From sequence record OZ287089.1: a stretch of 32,000 bases of DNA, one strand, 5' to 3'. The notes under the pieces were generated by a model that saw only the letters and a program-made list of their open reading frames with translations, ran no database searches and was not told where the DNA came from. A program made the position numbers and the translations under genes. Of the stretch, positions 31,506 to 32,000 are shown piece by piece (position 1 is the stretch's first letter; every line of letters begins with the position of its first letter).

Positions 31506-31680
31506 TTACTGTCTCTGTTAAAATAAACAGTATTACTATAGAATTTCTCCATTGTTTTGTATATGTAAAGTTTAAGCGTCGGTGATAATAAGTTGCCATT
31601 ATGTGGTTGAATGATTTTTTGCATTAAAAATGCAGAAGATAAAAAAGGGGTTCGATTACTACGTATATTTATTAAATTAA

Positions 31681-31751
31681 GAGAGCATAGTATAATGGTA
31701 AAACATAAAGCTTCAAACTTTAAATTTTCAGTTCAAATCTGAATGCTCTTG
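31681..31751 (+). tRNA. trnW: tRNA-Trp (UCA), which reads UGA and UGG
   Basis: Acceptor gagagca/tgctctt, anticodon stem taaag/cttta with loop ctTCAaa, T arm ttcag-ttcaaat-ctgaa. This supports translation table 4. Confidence 0.85.
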
Positions 31752-32000
31752 CATGAAGATTCAGATTTGAATACTATTTCATACTATAGATAGCAGGTGA
31801 TGGATATAAACAATAATCTACTATCTAAATCCTCAAACTTAAAATTTAAATTAAAAATATTAGTATTACTCTCCCATATCACAGGTGACGAGGTGAAAAC
31901 ACAAATAGATTTATCTTACTATAAGCCTTATAATGTTTATTATATTATTAACTAAGGTTTAATTAATATTATAAAAATATATTTAGAACTAAATAATATA

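Noticed and set aside
31600-31670. tRNA-like pieces (ttgca-ttAAAaa-tgcag hairpin and a ggggttcgatt T-loop-like string)
   Set aside because: The T stem and acceptor stem do not pair, and an AAA anticodon would be odd. I treat it as a degenerate remnant, not a gene.

Overview
This window reads as part of a fungal mitochondrial genome, most like a Pezizomycotina ascomycete. It is very AT-rich. Translation table 4 applies: TGA sits in frame at conserved Trp positions of cox1, cox3, atp6 and nad6, and a tRNA-Trp with anticodon UCA is present. All confident genes are on the + strand. Gene order is: atp9-like ORF, cox1 (5 exons, 4 group I introns), atp8, atp6, rns, trnY-trnN-trnR, nad6, trnK-trnV, cox3 (2 exons, 1 group I intron), trnG-trnD-trnS-trnI-trnS-trnP, rnl (3 exons, 2 group I introns, the first carrying rps3 at the U2449 site), trnT-trnE-trnM-trnM-trnL-trnA, then about 1 kb, then trnW. 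That is 18 tRNAs and 7 group I introns. The introns carry one apparently intact LAGLIDADG ORF and five eroded homing-endonuclease genes (LAGLIDADG or GIY-YIG). The ORF track used the standard stop set, so it fragments most genes. I re-read frames by hand with TGA=Trp and placed splice sites by protein or rRNA continuity plus the group I rule (exon ends in U, intron ends in G). I see no prokaryote-style system (no CRISPR, operons or defence islands). The unusual content is a set of long hydrophilic, low-complexity orphan reading frames attached to or nested in core genes: a 213-codon in-frame tail on cox1 and an open frame upstream of it; a non-endonuclease Pro/Asn/Gly-rich ORF in cox1 intron 3; an acidic ORF overlapping the cox3 stop; an E/K-rich ORF before trnS; and a minus-strand ORF inside the tRNA cluster. 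Several of these carry exactly one in-frame TAA or TAG. Other points are a decaying atp9-like gene, a tandem duplication of the atp8 5' region, overlapping trnN/trnR, a repeated ~85-nt structured element, in-frame microsatellites and many perfect hairpins at gene boundaries. rRNA ends and some intron and pseudogene limits are approximate.
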